Positions 19,606 to 28,028 of a stretch of DNA of 64,000 nt are shown here, piece after piece. Below the pieces are notes generated by a model. It did not search any database. It was not told where the DNA came from and saw nothing but the letters and a program-made list of their open reading frames with translations. The stretch's first letter is position 1. Every line of letters begins with the position of its first letter. The DNA comes from an uncultured Holophagales bacterium. GTDB lineage: Bacteria; Acidobacteriota; Thermoanaerobaculia; Multivoradales; UBA5704. The stretch lies in the NCBI GenBank assembly GCA_963844885.1, contig CAWJQA010000009.1:78125-142124 (forward strand), given 5' to 3'. The translations under genes and the position numbers were made by a program.

Positions 19606-20394
19606 ATGAAATCGCCTGCGAAATGCCTGCTTCTCTTGGCGGTGCTTGCCTGGCTGCTGGCTCCGGCTCCGGCCGTGGCCCAGGTTCAGATGAAGATCGG
19701 TGACGGGCTGCCGATTCCGGTTGTCATGCACGGGCCTGATAATCTCAAGGCCGCTGCCGAGGCCAAGAGGAGCCTGCCCAACAACAAGCCCACAACCTTC
19801 ACCGCGCCGGTGGAAACACCTCTCAGCGCCCAGGTCTGGAAACTGGACAAAACGGGCAAAAATCGGGTCGATGAATGCGACTCCATGGCGCCCAGCAGCG
19901 ACAATGAGCTGGTTATCGACCTGTCCGACATCAACTGCCCAGGATTCATTCTGCACAGTGTCGATGTCGAGATTCAAGCCGACGGAAAGGTCGCCGAGTT
20001 CAAAATACCGTCCAAGAATTCGCTGGACGCCGGCGACAACATCGGTATCGCCCTCACCCTGGTGGACCGCTGGAAGGAGACGGACGCGGACGGCAACAAA
20101 GTCAAGCATGGATCCCGGGCGAACGGGGGTGCCGGCGTCTACTACTCGGTCTCGAACCTGAAGAACAACCATGTGAGCCTCATCGGCAACGTGTCGGTGT
20201 TGGACAGCGATCCGAATATCGATTTCGAAGTCGGTCTCGGCTTTGGGCTGCTGTTCAAATTCAAGCGGCTGGGAGAAGACAGCGGCTTCGGGCTTGCGAC
20301 CGGCATCGGCTACAACCTGATGCTGGACCAGGCCGCTGAGCGCTGGTACACGTTCGTCGGCTTCAGCATGGATTTCGGCCAGTCGGGGCAGTAG
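19606..20394 (+). CDS. Secreted protein of unknown function within the glycan cluster
   Basis: GAAAGGAG RBS and signal peptide MKSPAKCLLLLAVLAWLLAPAPAVA. The C-terminus has alternating aromatic/Gly beta-strand-like segments. AT-richer than its neighbours. Confidence 0.7.
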   Translation: MKSPAKCLLLLAVLAWLLAPAPAVAQVQMKIGDGLPIPVVMHGPDNLKAAAEAKRSLPNNKPTTFTAPVETPLSAQVWKLDKTGKNRVDECDSMAPSSDNELVIDLSDINCPGFILHSVDVEIQADGKVAEFKIPSKNSLDAGDNIGIALTLVDRWKETDADGNKVKHGSRANGGAGVYYSVSNLKNNHVSLIGNVSVLDSDPNIDFEVGLGFGLLFKFKRLGEDSGFGLATGIGYNLMLDQAAERWYTFVGFSMDFGQSGQ

Positions 20395-21424
20395 CGCCCA
20401 GCGGTAGTCCCTGGACCCTGAACCAGCGGTCGATCTCCGCCGCGGGTACGGTCCGCCGATCTTGGATGAGCCGCCGCCGCCGCAGAAGGTCGCGGCGGTT
20501 CTTCCACAGCCAGGCATAGGCGGGGATGGAGGTGTGTTCCCGCAGCAGGACGTAGCCCAGCGCCTGGAGGTCGCGGACCAGCGCCGGGACGAAAGTCCGG
20601 ACCAGGTTGCCCGCCGTCTGATGATAGATCCGGAGCAGGTACCGGTTCTTCAGGGAGTGGTAGTTGACCATCGGCGGCATGGCGGAGCGGCGCTCGGGGA
20701 GGTTGAACCGCCGGTGTTCGCACAGGGCGGCGGGCTCGTAGAGGATCTCCCAGCCGCGCTCGCGCAGCCGGAAGGCGAGCTCGGCGTCCTCCCGGAAGGA
20801 GTGGAAGCGGGGATCGAAGATCTCGCCGTCCACGGCGATGTCGTCGAGAGCCTCACGGCGGAAGAGAGTGGCCGCGCCGGTGGCGCCGAACACCCGCTCC
20901 GGCACGGCGAGCTGGCCGCGGTCCTCCTCGCCGGAGCCCCGGTCCAGGTGGCGCCAGGCGGGAGTCAGCCGCATGCCGCAGGCGTCGAGCCGCCCATCCG
21001 GTCTGACCAGCCGGCCGGTGACCGCGCCGACTTTCATCCCCGGTTGGTCCATCCGGGCGAGCAGCCGGCTCACGAAGTCCGGAGCCGGCCGGGCGTCGGC
21101 GTTCAGGGTGAGGACGAACGGCGCGGAGGTGTGGGAGAGGGCCACGTTCATCCCCCCGGCGAAGCCCAGATTCTCCTTGAGCTCGATGACTTTGGCTGGA
21201 TATCTACGGGCCATCTCGGCGCTGCCGTCCGTACTGGCGCAGTCCACGACGACCACTTCCACGGAGGCCACCGACTCCAGGCAGCCGGGCAGATCGGCCG
21301 CGGAGTTGAAGGTCACGATGCAGACGGCGACAGGCAACCCTGGGACCGCCGGCGCCTCGCCGGCGGTTGCTTCCTTGAAAACCGCCGGCGAGGCGCCGGC
21401 GGTCCCAGGAGGGGTGTTGTCCAT
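20363..21424 (-). CDS. GT2-family glycosyltransferase
   Basis: ATG 21424 overlaps the upstream stop (TGATG). VAVCIVTFNSAADL, a DCASTDGS (DxD-like) motif and NLGFAGGMN. Confidence 0.85.
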   Translation of the reverse strand: MDNTPPGTAGASPAVFKEATAGEAPAVPGLPVAVCIVTFNSAADLPGCLESVASVEVVVVDCASTDGSAEMARRYPAKVIELKENLGFAGGMNVALSHTSAPFVLTLNADARPAPDFVSRLLARMDQPGMKVGAVTGRLVRPDGRLDACGMRLTPAWRHLDRGSGEEDRGQLAVPERVFGATGAATLFRREALDDIAVDGEIFDPRFHSFREDAELAFRLRERGWEILYEPAALCEHRRFNLPERRSAMPPMVNYHSLKNRYLLRIYHQTAGNLVRTFVPALVRDLQALGYVLLREHTSIPAYAWLWKNRRDLLRRRRLIQDRRTVPAAEIDRWFRVQGLPLGATAPTGRNPC

Positions 21425-22332
21425 CAGGCAGTCTCCATCCGGCGCGGCCGTTTCCAATCGGTGAGCGTTCCGGCGAGAACCGAAAGGAGGCCGCGCAAGG
21501 CTTCGGACCGGGAGAAAGCCCTCCGGGGTCGGTATAGAGGAAGGAGGATCAGCCGGACCGCCATCCCCGGAACCAGGGCGACCCGGGCGGCCAGGGACCA
21601 GAGTCTGCCGTGATGCCGATCGAGATAGCGCGTCAGGTTGCGGTAGTAGATCCAGAGGAAGCGTCCATAGCCGAGGCGCGGCACGGTGCTGCCCAGCCCA
21701 TGACGGAACCCGGCCGCCGGCCAATAGAGAAGGACGAGCCCGGCCTCCTTCAGGCGGGCGGCGAGGTCCACGTCCTCGAACCAGGCCGGATGAAACCCGG
21801 CGTCGAACCCGCCGACGGTCTCGAAAACGCTCCGACGCAAGGCGAGCGCGGCGGCGGCCGGCTGCTCGACCGGCGATCCGGCCGGCGGCTCCGGTCCGGC
21901 CTCGGAAGCGCCGCCGAACGGAAACGCCTGGAGGAGGAGCCGCCACGGCGACGGCAGCCGGCGGAGCTGCCATCCGGCCTGGGACCGGCCGTCCGCCCCA
22001 ACCAGCCGGGGCGCGAGCCCGGCCGCCTCGGGGTGAGCCTCGAAGCCGTCGAGCAGCCGGTCGAGCGCGCCCGCCTCGGGCACGGCATCGGGATTGAGGA
22101 TCAGCAGGATCTCTCCCTGCGCCAAGGCGGCGCCCGCGTTGGCTCCGCCCGCGAAGCCGAGATTCCTCCCCGGTTGAACCAGCCGGGCCGGACCGAGAGC
22201 CAACGGGGCCGACGAGCCGTTGTCCACCACGATCAGCTCGAAACGCGGATCGGCCGGCCAGGCGGCGGTCAGCTCGGCCAGAGGCTCCTCGTTTCGCCAG
22301 TGGACGACGATTCCGGTCAACCGGGGACGCAT
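21424..22332 (-). CDS. GT2-family glycosyltransferase
   Basis: Start chosen at MRPRLTGIVVHWRNEE (22332), because GT2 enzymes begin at the first beta strand. VVDNGSS and NLGFAGGAN motifs. The upstream in-frame extension runs through the 20-bp array and is not credible. Confidence 0.8.
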   Translation of the reverse strand: MRPRLTGIVVHWRNEEPLAELTAAWPADPRFELIVVDNGSSAPLALGPARLVQPGRNLGFAGGANAGAALAQGEILLILNPDAVPEAGALDRLLDGFEAHPEAAGLAPRLVGADGRSQAGWQLRRLPSPWRLLLQAFPFGGASEAGPEPPAGSPVEQPAAAALALRRSVFETVGGFDAGFHPAWFEDVDLAARLKEAGLVLLYWPAAGFRHGLGSTVPRLGYGRFLWIYYRNLTRYLDRHHGRLWSLAARVALVPGMAVRLILLPLYRPRRAFSRSEALRGLLSVLAGTLTDWKRPRRMETA

Positions 22333-22394
22333 GCCGCATGATCGCATAGAGACCGCCAGGTGGGTGACCCAGGCGAGGTGGCAGGTCTCCATCC

Positions 22395-22906
22395 GGCCCG
22401 GGAACCTTCCCCGCCACAAAGTAAACTCCTCTGTCGCAAAGTCGACCTCCCTGCGGCGAAGTAAACTTCTCTGCCGCAAAGTCGACTTCTCTGCCGCAGA
22501 GTCGACTCCCCTGTCGCAAAGTCGACTTCTCTGCCGCAGAGTCGACTCCCCTGTCGCAAAGTCAACTCCTCTGTCGCAAAGTCGACTCCCCAGAGCCAAA
22601 GTCAACTTCCCAGAGCCAAAGCAACCTTCTCTACGGCGATGTAACGTTCCCTACGCCAAAGTAACCTTACCCTGCGGCAAAGCAACCTTCCCTGGCTCCG
22701 GGAGCCTTACTTTGGCTCCGGGAAGGTTCTTTTGCCGCAGGGAAGTTTCCCTGGCGCCAGAGACGTCCAAGTCCCCTCCCAGACAGCCGGGAGCCCGCCG
22801 GCCCGAGCGGGCTCCCGGCAATACGGTGAATCGATTTTCAATGAACCCCCGGTCGGCCCTGGAAGGCTCCCCGGCTTGCGGGCGGCACGATACACGATCG
22901 CGAGCG
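22395..22906 (+). repeat. Composite repeat, locus B: ~17-18 tandem 20-bp units (22395-22752) plus a conserved tail (22753-22906)
   Basis: Same 20-bp register and unit consensus as 581-900. Positions 22613-22906 differ from 761-1054 at only 3 positions seen by eye. The array ends about 60 nt from the GT operon start codon. Confidence 0.95.
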
Positions 22907-23006
22907 CCAGTCAAGAGGCCAATCCGCTGATCTGATCTGCGGTGAGCCGCGTCCTCGCGTCTTATCGTGACCATGGTACAGTGACCAGGGTCAGAGGAGG
23001 TGGATC

Positions 23007-23240
23007 ATGGGGCAGTCCGTGTCCAAGTCTGTATTCAAAGCCAAGGCCCTTGAATACTTCCGTGAGGTTGAAAGCACGGGCAAAGAGCTCGTGATCACCG
23101 ACCACGGCAAGCCTGTCCTGAAGATCGTGCCGTATGCGCACGATCCGGCGGAGTCTTTGCGGTCGCTTCGAGGCACCGTCCTTCGCTATACCGATCCGCT
23201 GGAGCCGGTGGGGCTCGAGGACTGGGAGTCTCTCCGTTGA
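23007..23240 (+). CDS. vapB: Phd/YefM-type antitoxin of the VapBC module
   Basis: 77 aa. GGAGG RBS, KELVITDHGKPVLKIVPY antitoxin motif, and a 4-nt overlap with the PIN gene. Confidence 0.85.
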   Translation: MGQSVSKSVFKAKALEYFREVESTGKELVITDHGKPVLKIVPYAHDPAESLRSLRGTVLRYTDPLEPVGLEDWESLR

Positions 23241-23632
23241 TCGTGCTCGACACCCACGTATGGGTCTGGTGGGTCGCGGTCCCCGAGCAGCTCTCCGCTC
23301 CGGCCCGGGAGGTGATCGACCAGGCGATGGAGCGAGGGGAGATCTGCATCTCCTCGATCAGCTCCTGGGAGATCGCCCTTCTGGTCCGCAAGGGAAGGTT
23401 GGAACTGACGATTCCAGTCGACGACTGGATCGCCAAGAGCGAGGCACTGCCCTTCATCCAGTTCGTCCCGCTCGACAATCGGATCGCCTTTCGCTCCAAC
23501 GATCTGCCCGGTGATCTCCATGAAGACCCAGCAGACCGCATCATCGTCGCGACAGCCCTGACGCTGGGGGCTCCTCTCGTTTCCAGGGATTCCAAGATCA
23601 GGGATTACCCCCATCTCAAGACGATCTGGTGA
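23237..23632 (+). CDS. vapC: PIN-domain ribonuclease toxin VapC
   Basis: MIVLDTHVWVWW N-terminus (Asp4) and the distal DPADRIIVATA motif. 131 aa. A TTG start overlaps the vapB stop. Confidence 0.9.
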   Translation: MIVLDTHVWVWWVAVPEQLSAPAREVIDQAMERGEICISSISSWEIALLVRKGRLELTIPVDDWIAKSEALPFIQFVPLDNRIAFRSNDLPGDLHEDPADRIIVATALTLGAPLVSRDSKIRDYPHLKTIW

Positions 23633-23768
23633 AAGCGGCCTCCTCGTATCCGTGTCGGTCGCTTGAGGACACAGGCGGACGGGATGGCCGTTTGGCGTCC
23701 TTCTCCGGACGAAGTTCCCCCGGGGTCGTTCCCTCCCGGCTTGCCATTCGCGAGCCCTGCCCGGCCCT

Positions 23769-23854
23769 TGCGGATCTCTCGCATCCGGTTCACCCAAGAA
23801 AGCCCGGCCCTTGCGGATCTCTCGCATCCGGTTCACCCAAGAAAGGGTGTCACC
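23769..23854 (+). repeat. Perfect 43-bp direct repeat, two tandem copies
   Basis: CCCGGCCCTTGCGGATCTCTCGCATCCGGTTCACCCAAGAAAG occurs at 23769-23811 and again at 23812-23854, identical. A weak GGGT/ACCC hairpin plus a T6 run follows. Confidence 0.95.
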
Positions 23855-23890
23855 CGTTTTTTGAAGTTGCGCCCCCTGTCGGAGCCCGTG

Positions 23891-23918
23891 GATCCCTCTC
23901 GAAAATCGGGTGGCCCCC
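23891..23918 (+). repeat. 28-bp direct repeat, left copy, flanking the ELWxxDGT gene
   Basis: GATCCCTCTCGAAAATCGGGTGGCCCCC is identical to 27589-27616. Confidence 0.95.
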
Positions 23919-23969
23919 GCGTCGGGCGGCCCCCGCGTCGGGCCGTCGGGCAGGACTGAAATGTTATCC

Positions 23970-24010
23970 TCCCGGGAAACACTGAACAGTGGCTTCAGTT
24001 TTTCCCGGGA
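23970..24010 (+). promoter_or_regulatory. 17-bp inverted repeat overlapping the ribosome-binding site of the ELWxxDGT gene
   Basis: TCCCGGGAAACACTGAA, loop cagtggc, then TTCAGTTTTTCCCGGGA (16/17 complementary). The right arm overlaps GGGAGG, 6 nt upstream of ATG 24017. Confidence 0.5.
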
Positions 24011-24016
24011 GGGACG

Positions 24017-27000
24017 ATGCGGAGATGGATCTTCCTTACAGTGCTCGCGGCGCTCCTGCCCGCCCGGATGAACGGGCAGACCGCCTATCTCGTTCAGGAT
24101 CTGGTGCCGGCCACATCCGTGGCGTCCTCGGACCCGCAGGCGTTCCTGACCCTGGGCAGCCGGGTCTTCTTTCTCGCGGATTCCAGCTCGAGCCGGGCGC
24201 TCTGGGCCACCGACGGCTCCCCGGAAGGGACGCGCCTCCTGTCGGACCTCTGCGACGGGAGATGCGAAAGCGCGACCCTCGTGGGGAGCGCGAACGGCCG
24301 GGTCTTCCTGACTGCCAAGATCTGGGATTCCTTCTATCCCGTCCTCTGGAGCTCGGACGGCACCCGGAGCGGGACCCTTCCGCTGGCGGAGGTCCGCGGA
24401 GACGAGGTCGTCATGGCCGGCGGCCGGGCGTTCTTCCGGGGCGAGGACGACGAGCAGGTCTCCGGCCTCTGGACCTCCGACGGCACTCCCCAGGGGACCA
24501 GGCCGGTGGGGGCTCCCGACCATGACAACTATCCCGCCCAGTTGACCGCCGCGGGTAACCGGGTTTTCTACATCGCCCAGTCCCCGGAGGAGGGGCTCTG
24601 GGTCAGCGACGGCACGGCCGGCGGCACTACCCGCGTCCTGGATGACCTCCCGGGCCTGCTCACCGCTGCGGCGAACCGGGTGTTTTTCACTCTGTACCGC
24701 GACGGGGACGGTGCCGAGCTTTGGGTCAGCGACGGTTCGCCGGCGGGGACCCGGCAGGTGTCGCAGTTCGAGACCGACGGCCCCTTCGAACCGACGAGGT
24801 GGATCAAGCCGCTGGGATCGCGGTCCTACTTCCTCGCCGACGACCGCACCCACGGAGTCGAGCTCTGGAGCAGCGACGGCACGCTCCAGGGGATCCGGCG
24901 CGCCACCGAGATCGGCTATCAGGCGCCGTTCCCCGGCGGGCTGGAGCAGGTGGAGCTGGCCGGAGCGCGGCTGGTCTTCGTGGCCACGGACGGCCTGCAC
25001 GGATACCGGGTCTGGACGGCCGGCGCTTCTCCCGAAACCACCGTCCCGCTGGAGCAGGGGTGCCCCGGCGGCTGCCCGACCGTGGAGGCGTCCACGAAGC
25101 TGCTCCGGGTCGGCGACCGCGTGCTCTTCCTCGGCCGGAACGAGACCTACGGCCAGGAGCTGTGGAGCACGGACGGCACGGCCGCCGGCACCCTCCCGGT
25201 CAAGGACATCTGCTCCGGCGTCTGCGACGCGGTCAACCTCCAGGGCCCCTGGCCGCTCCTCGGCGGCGCCGTCTTCTCCCAGGGAGGCTCTCTCTGGCAG
25301 ACCGACGGCACGCCGGCCGGGACCCGGCGGATCACCGCGGCCCGGCCGGGCTTCTCGCCGGGACAGCCCGCGGCCCTCGGCAAACGCCTGGTCTTCGCCG
25401 CGGACGACGAGGTCCACGGCCGGGAGCTATGGGTCAACGACGGCACCCTCCCGGGCACCCGGATGCTGGCCGACCTCCTCCGCGGTGCCGTGGGCTCGTT
25501 CCCGAGCGAGATCACACCGTTCGGCGGCGGCGCGGTCTTCCGGGCGACAATCGGCGGCTGTCCGGACCTCCTCCGCAGCGCGGGTTCCCCGGAGGATGTG
25601 GTCCGTCTCACCTTGGACGGCGACTGCCACTCCCTGACGACGCCCGCGTGGCTGACCTCCTCCGGAAACGAGGTCTTCTACTGGTGGCGGCCGGCGTCGG
25701 GGGCGCAGAACCCGCCCTACCAGATCTGGGCCACGGACGGCAGCCCCGGCGGGACCCGCCAGGTCAGCTCCTTCGTGGACTTTTCGTCGAGAGCCCCCCT
25801 GGTCCCCTTCCACGGGAACGTCTACACCGTCTTTGAACGCCTGGGCGTCCGCGAAGTCTGGCAGGCCGGACCAGCCGGGACCAGGAAAGCCTTCGACATC
25901 TCCGAGGACGTCGTCAACTTCCCGTCCATCGGGACCCTGGGAGATCGCCTGTACTTCGTGACCTACAACCCGGACGGCGGATCCCATCTCTGGGTGAGCG
26001 ACGGCGGCCCATCTCCGGTGCCCCTGCCCGTGCCCGACGGCATCGCCCTCGTCCCGCAGGTCCGGGTCGGCGGCTGGGACTACTTCCTGGTCTACGACGG
26101 CGAGCAGTCGCTCTGGAAGACGGACGGCACCCCCGCGGGCACCTCCCGGGTGGTCGGCCTCCGGTGGTATGAGGCCACGATCCCCGTGGGCTTCGTGGAG
26201 CACCAGGGCGCGCTCTACTTCTTCGGAGTGCTCAGCTCCGGCGACCTCGGTACCTGGGGCCTGTGGCGATCCGACGGGACCAGTGCGGGGACCCATCTGG
26301 TCAGGGAGCTCGCGTTTCCCGAGCAGAAGGACCCCGTTCCCGGCCCCGTCTCCTTCAACGGCCGTCTCTACTTCGCCGTCGACGACGGGGTCCACGGACG
26401 CGAGCTGTGGAGCAGCGACGGCACTCCGGAAGGGACCATGCTGGTGCGCGACCTCAATCCCGGAGCGGCCGGGTCGCGCACCGGCAACCTGACCGCGGCG
26501 GGGGGCCGCCTCTTCTTCACCGCCCTCGATCCGGTCCACGGCGACGAGCTCTGGCAGACGGATGGAACGCAGGCCGGGACGCGCCTGGTCCAGGACATCG
26601 CTCCTCTGGCGGAGTCCTCCCACCCCGATCACCTCACGGCATCGGGAGACAAGCTCTTCTTCGTGGCCGACGACGGCCTCACCGGGCGGGAGCTCTGGGT
26701 GCTGCCGCTGGGAGCCGGGGGCTGCCAGGCGTCGGCCGCCGTCCTCTGTCTCGGCCAGGGGCGCTACAAGGTCGAGGTGGCCTGGCGCGACTTCCAGGGC
26801 CACACCGGCGCCGGCAAGGCCGCATCCCTGACCGCCGACACGGGCTCCTTCTGGTTCTTCGACCCGGCCAACGTCGAGGTGGTGGTCAAGGTGCTGGACG
26901 GCCAGGCCGTCAACGGCCACCAGTGGGTGTTCTACGGCGCGCTCTCGAACGTCGAGTACACCCTCACCGTGACCGACACGCAGACCGGCCTCACCCGGCG

Positions 27001-27466
27001 CTACTTCAACCCGCTCGGGCAGTTCGCGAGCGTGGCCGACACCTCGGGCTTCGGCCCACAGGGGGCCTACTCGACCGTCCGTCCGGCCCGACCGGCTCCG
27101 GCGGTGCGAAGCTTCGAGCCTGTTTCGGCCGTCTGCCAGCCCACGGCCACGCGCCTCTGCCTCCGGGGAGGCCGCTTCGCGGTGGAGGCAGACTGGAAGG
27201 ACTTCGCCGGCAAGACCGGCAAGGGCCAGGCGGTCAGCCTGACGGGAGACACCGGCTACCTCTGGTTCTTCAACGCCTCCAACATCGAGCTGGTGGTCAA
27301 GGTTCTCGACGGCCGGCCGGTCAACGGCCACTTCTGGGTCTTCTATGGCGCCCTCTCGAATGTGGAGTACAGCCTGAGGGTGACCGACATGGAGACCGGT
27401 GAGATCCGCACCTACAAGAACCCCGCCGGCCGGCTGGCCAGCAACGGCGATACGGGAGCCTTCTGA
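24017..27466 (+). CDS. Secreted ELWxxDGT-repeat protein with two tandem ~110-aa C-terminal domains
   Basis: Signal peptide, then about 16 copies of (E/G/S)LWxxDG(T/S)xxGT. Two paralogous C-terminal modules follow (CLxxGRxxVEVxWxDF...WFFxxxNxExVVKVLDG...NVEYxLxVTD). Confidence 0.9.
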   Translation: MRRWIFLTVLAALLPARMNGQTAYLVQDLVPATSVASSDPQAFLTLGSRVFFLADSSSSRALWATDGSPEGTRLLSDLCDGRCESATLVGSANGRVFLTAKIWDSFYPVLWSSDGTRSGTLPLAEVRGDEVVMAGGRAFFRGEDDEQVSGLWTSDGTPQGTRPVGAPDHDNYPAQLTAAGNRVFYIAQSPEEGLWVSDGTAGGTTRVLDDLPGLLTAAANRVFFTLYRDGDGAELWVSDGSPAGTRQVSQFETDGPFEPTRWIKPLGSRSYFLADDRTHGVELWSSDGTLQGIRRATEIGYQAPFPGGLEQVELAGARLVFVATDGLHGYRVWTAGASPETTVPLEQGCPGGCPTVEASTKLLRVGDRVLFLGRNETYGQELWSTDGTAAGTLPVKDICSGVCDAVNLQGPWPLLGGAVFSQGGSLWQTDGTPAGTRRITAARPGFSPGQPAALGKRLVFAADDEVHGRELWVNDGTLPGTRMLADLLRGAVGSFPSEITPFGGGAVFRATIGGCPDLLRSAGSPEDVVRLTLDGDCHSLTTPAWLTSSGNEVFYWWRPASGAQNPPYQIWATDGSPGGTRQVSSFVDFSSRAPLVPFHGNVYTVFERLGVREVWQAGPAGTRKAFDISEDVVNFPSIGTLGDRLYFVTYNPDGGSHLWVSDGGPSPVPLPVPDGIALVPQVRVGGWDYFLVYDGEQSLWKTDGTPAGTSRVVGLRWYEATIPVGFVEHQGALYFFGVLSSGDLGTWGLWRSDGTSAGTHLVRELAFPEQKDPVPGPVSFNGRLYFAVDDGVHGRELWSSDGTPEGTMLVRDLNPGAAGSRTGNLTAAGGRLFFTALDPVHGDELWQTDGTQAGTRLVQDIAPLAESSHPDHLTASGDKLFFVADDGLTGRELWVLPLGAGGCQASAAVLCLGQGRYKVEVAWRDFQGHTGAGKAASLTADTGSFWFFDPANVEVVVKVLDGQAVNGHQWVFYGALSNVEYTLTVTDTQTGLTRRYFNPLGQFASVADTSGFGPQGAYSTVRPARPAPAVRSFEPVSAVCQPTATRLCLRGGRFAVEADWKDFAGKTGKGQAVSLTGDTGYLWFFNASNIELVVKVLDGRPVNGHFWVFYGALSNVEYSLRVTDMETGEIRTYKNPAGRLASNGDTGAF

Positions 27467-27639
27467 TGTCCTTGAAGTCACGCCTCCGGCTTTGCCTCCT
27501 GATCCCGGCCCTGGTGTCCGCTCCGCTCGCAGCGCAGACGGCCTACTTGGTGGAGGACCTGGTGGTCGGCCGGGTGCGCGCCCCTTCCGATCCCTCTCGA
27601 AAATCGGGTGGCCCCCGGGCCGGGCCGGGCCGGATCTGA
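27466..27639 (+). pseudogene. Truncated 5' fragment of a second ELWxxDGT-repeat gene
   Basis: ATG overlaps the upstream stop (TGATG). MSLKSRLRLCLLIPALVSAPLAAQTAYLVEDLV parallels the N-terminus of the 24017 gene (QTAYLVQDLV...SSDP). Similarity stops at the 28-bp repeat, and a stop follows after 57 codons. Confidence 0.7.
27589..27616 (+). repeat. 28-bp direct repeat, right copy
   Basis: Identical to 23891-23918. It marks the truncation point of the ELW paralogue. Confidence 0.95.
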
Positions 27640-27788
27640 CCTGAAACCCTAGACGAAGTTGTCAGGCGCTCCGTAGACTCTCTCTGAAGTGAAGGGAGAC
27701 GGACGACGAGCCAGACGCGGGTCCCCACGACCGACCGGCCGTTCGTGCCCTTCACCTTGAAGGGCGACCGCAGTCGGGTCCCCCCTTC

Positions 27789-27934
27789 AGCTCTTTGACA
27801 ATTTGGAGGGATGACGGCCGCCGAGTCCAAGGCCGCCGTCGTTCCGCAGAGGTCCGCCTTTCAGGGAGGGGAGGCGGGGCCATCGCCGGAGGTGTGCGGG
27901 AGGGGCTCGTGGGTGAGCGGCGGTGGCGGCCTCT
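27789..27934 (+). repeat. 146-nt repeated element (M2), copy 2
   Basis: Collinear with 1051-1196. One substitution (ACGACGG to ATGACGG) keeps pairing as G-U. Confidence 0.85.
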
Positions 27935-28028
27935 TGGTAGTGAATCCTCCTCCTGGGACCGCCGGGCCGGCGGTCCCAGGGGATTGGGGGCGGTAGCCGC
28001 GTCCAGGCGCCGCAACGGCTGAGCTGGC

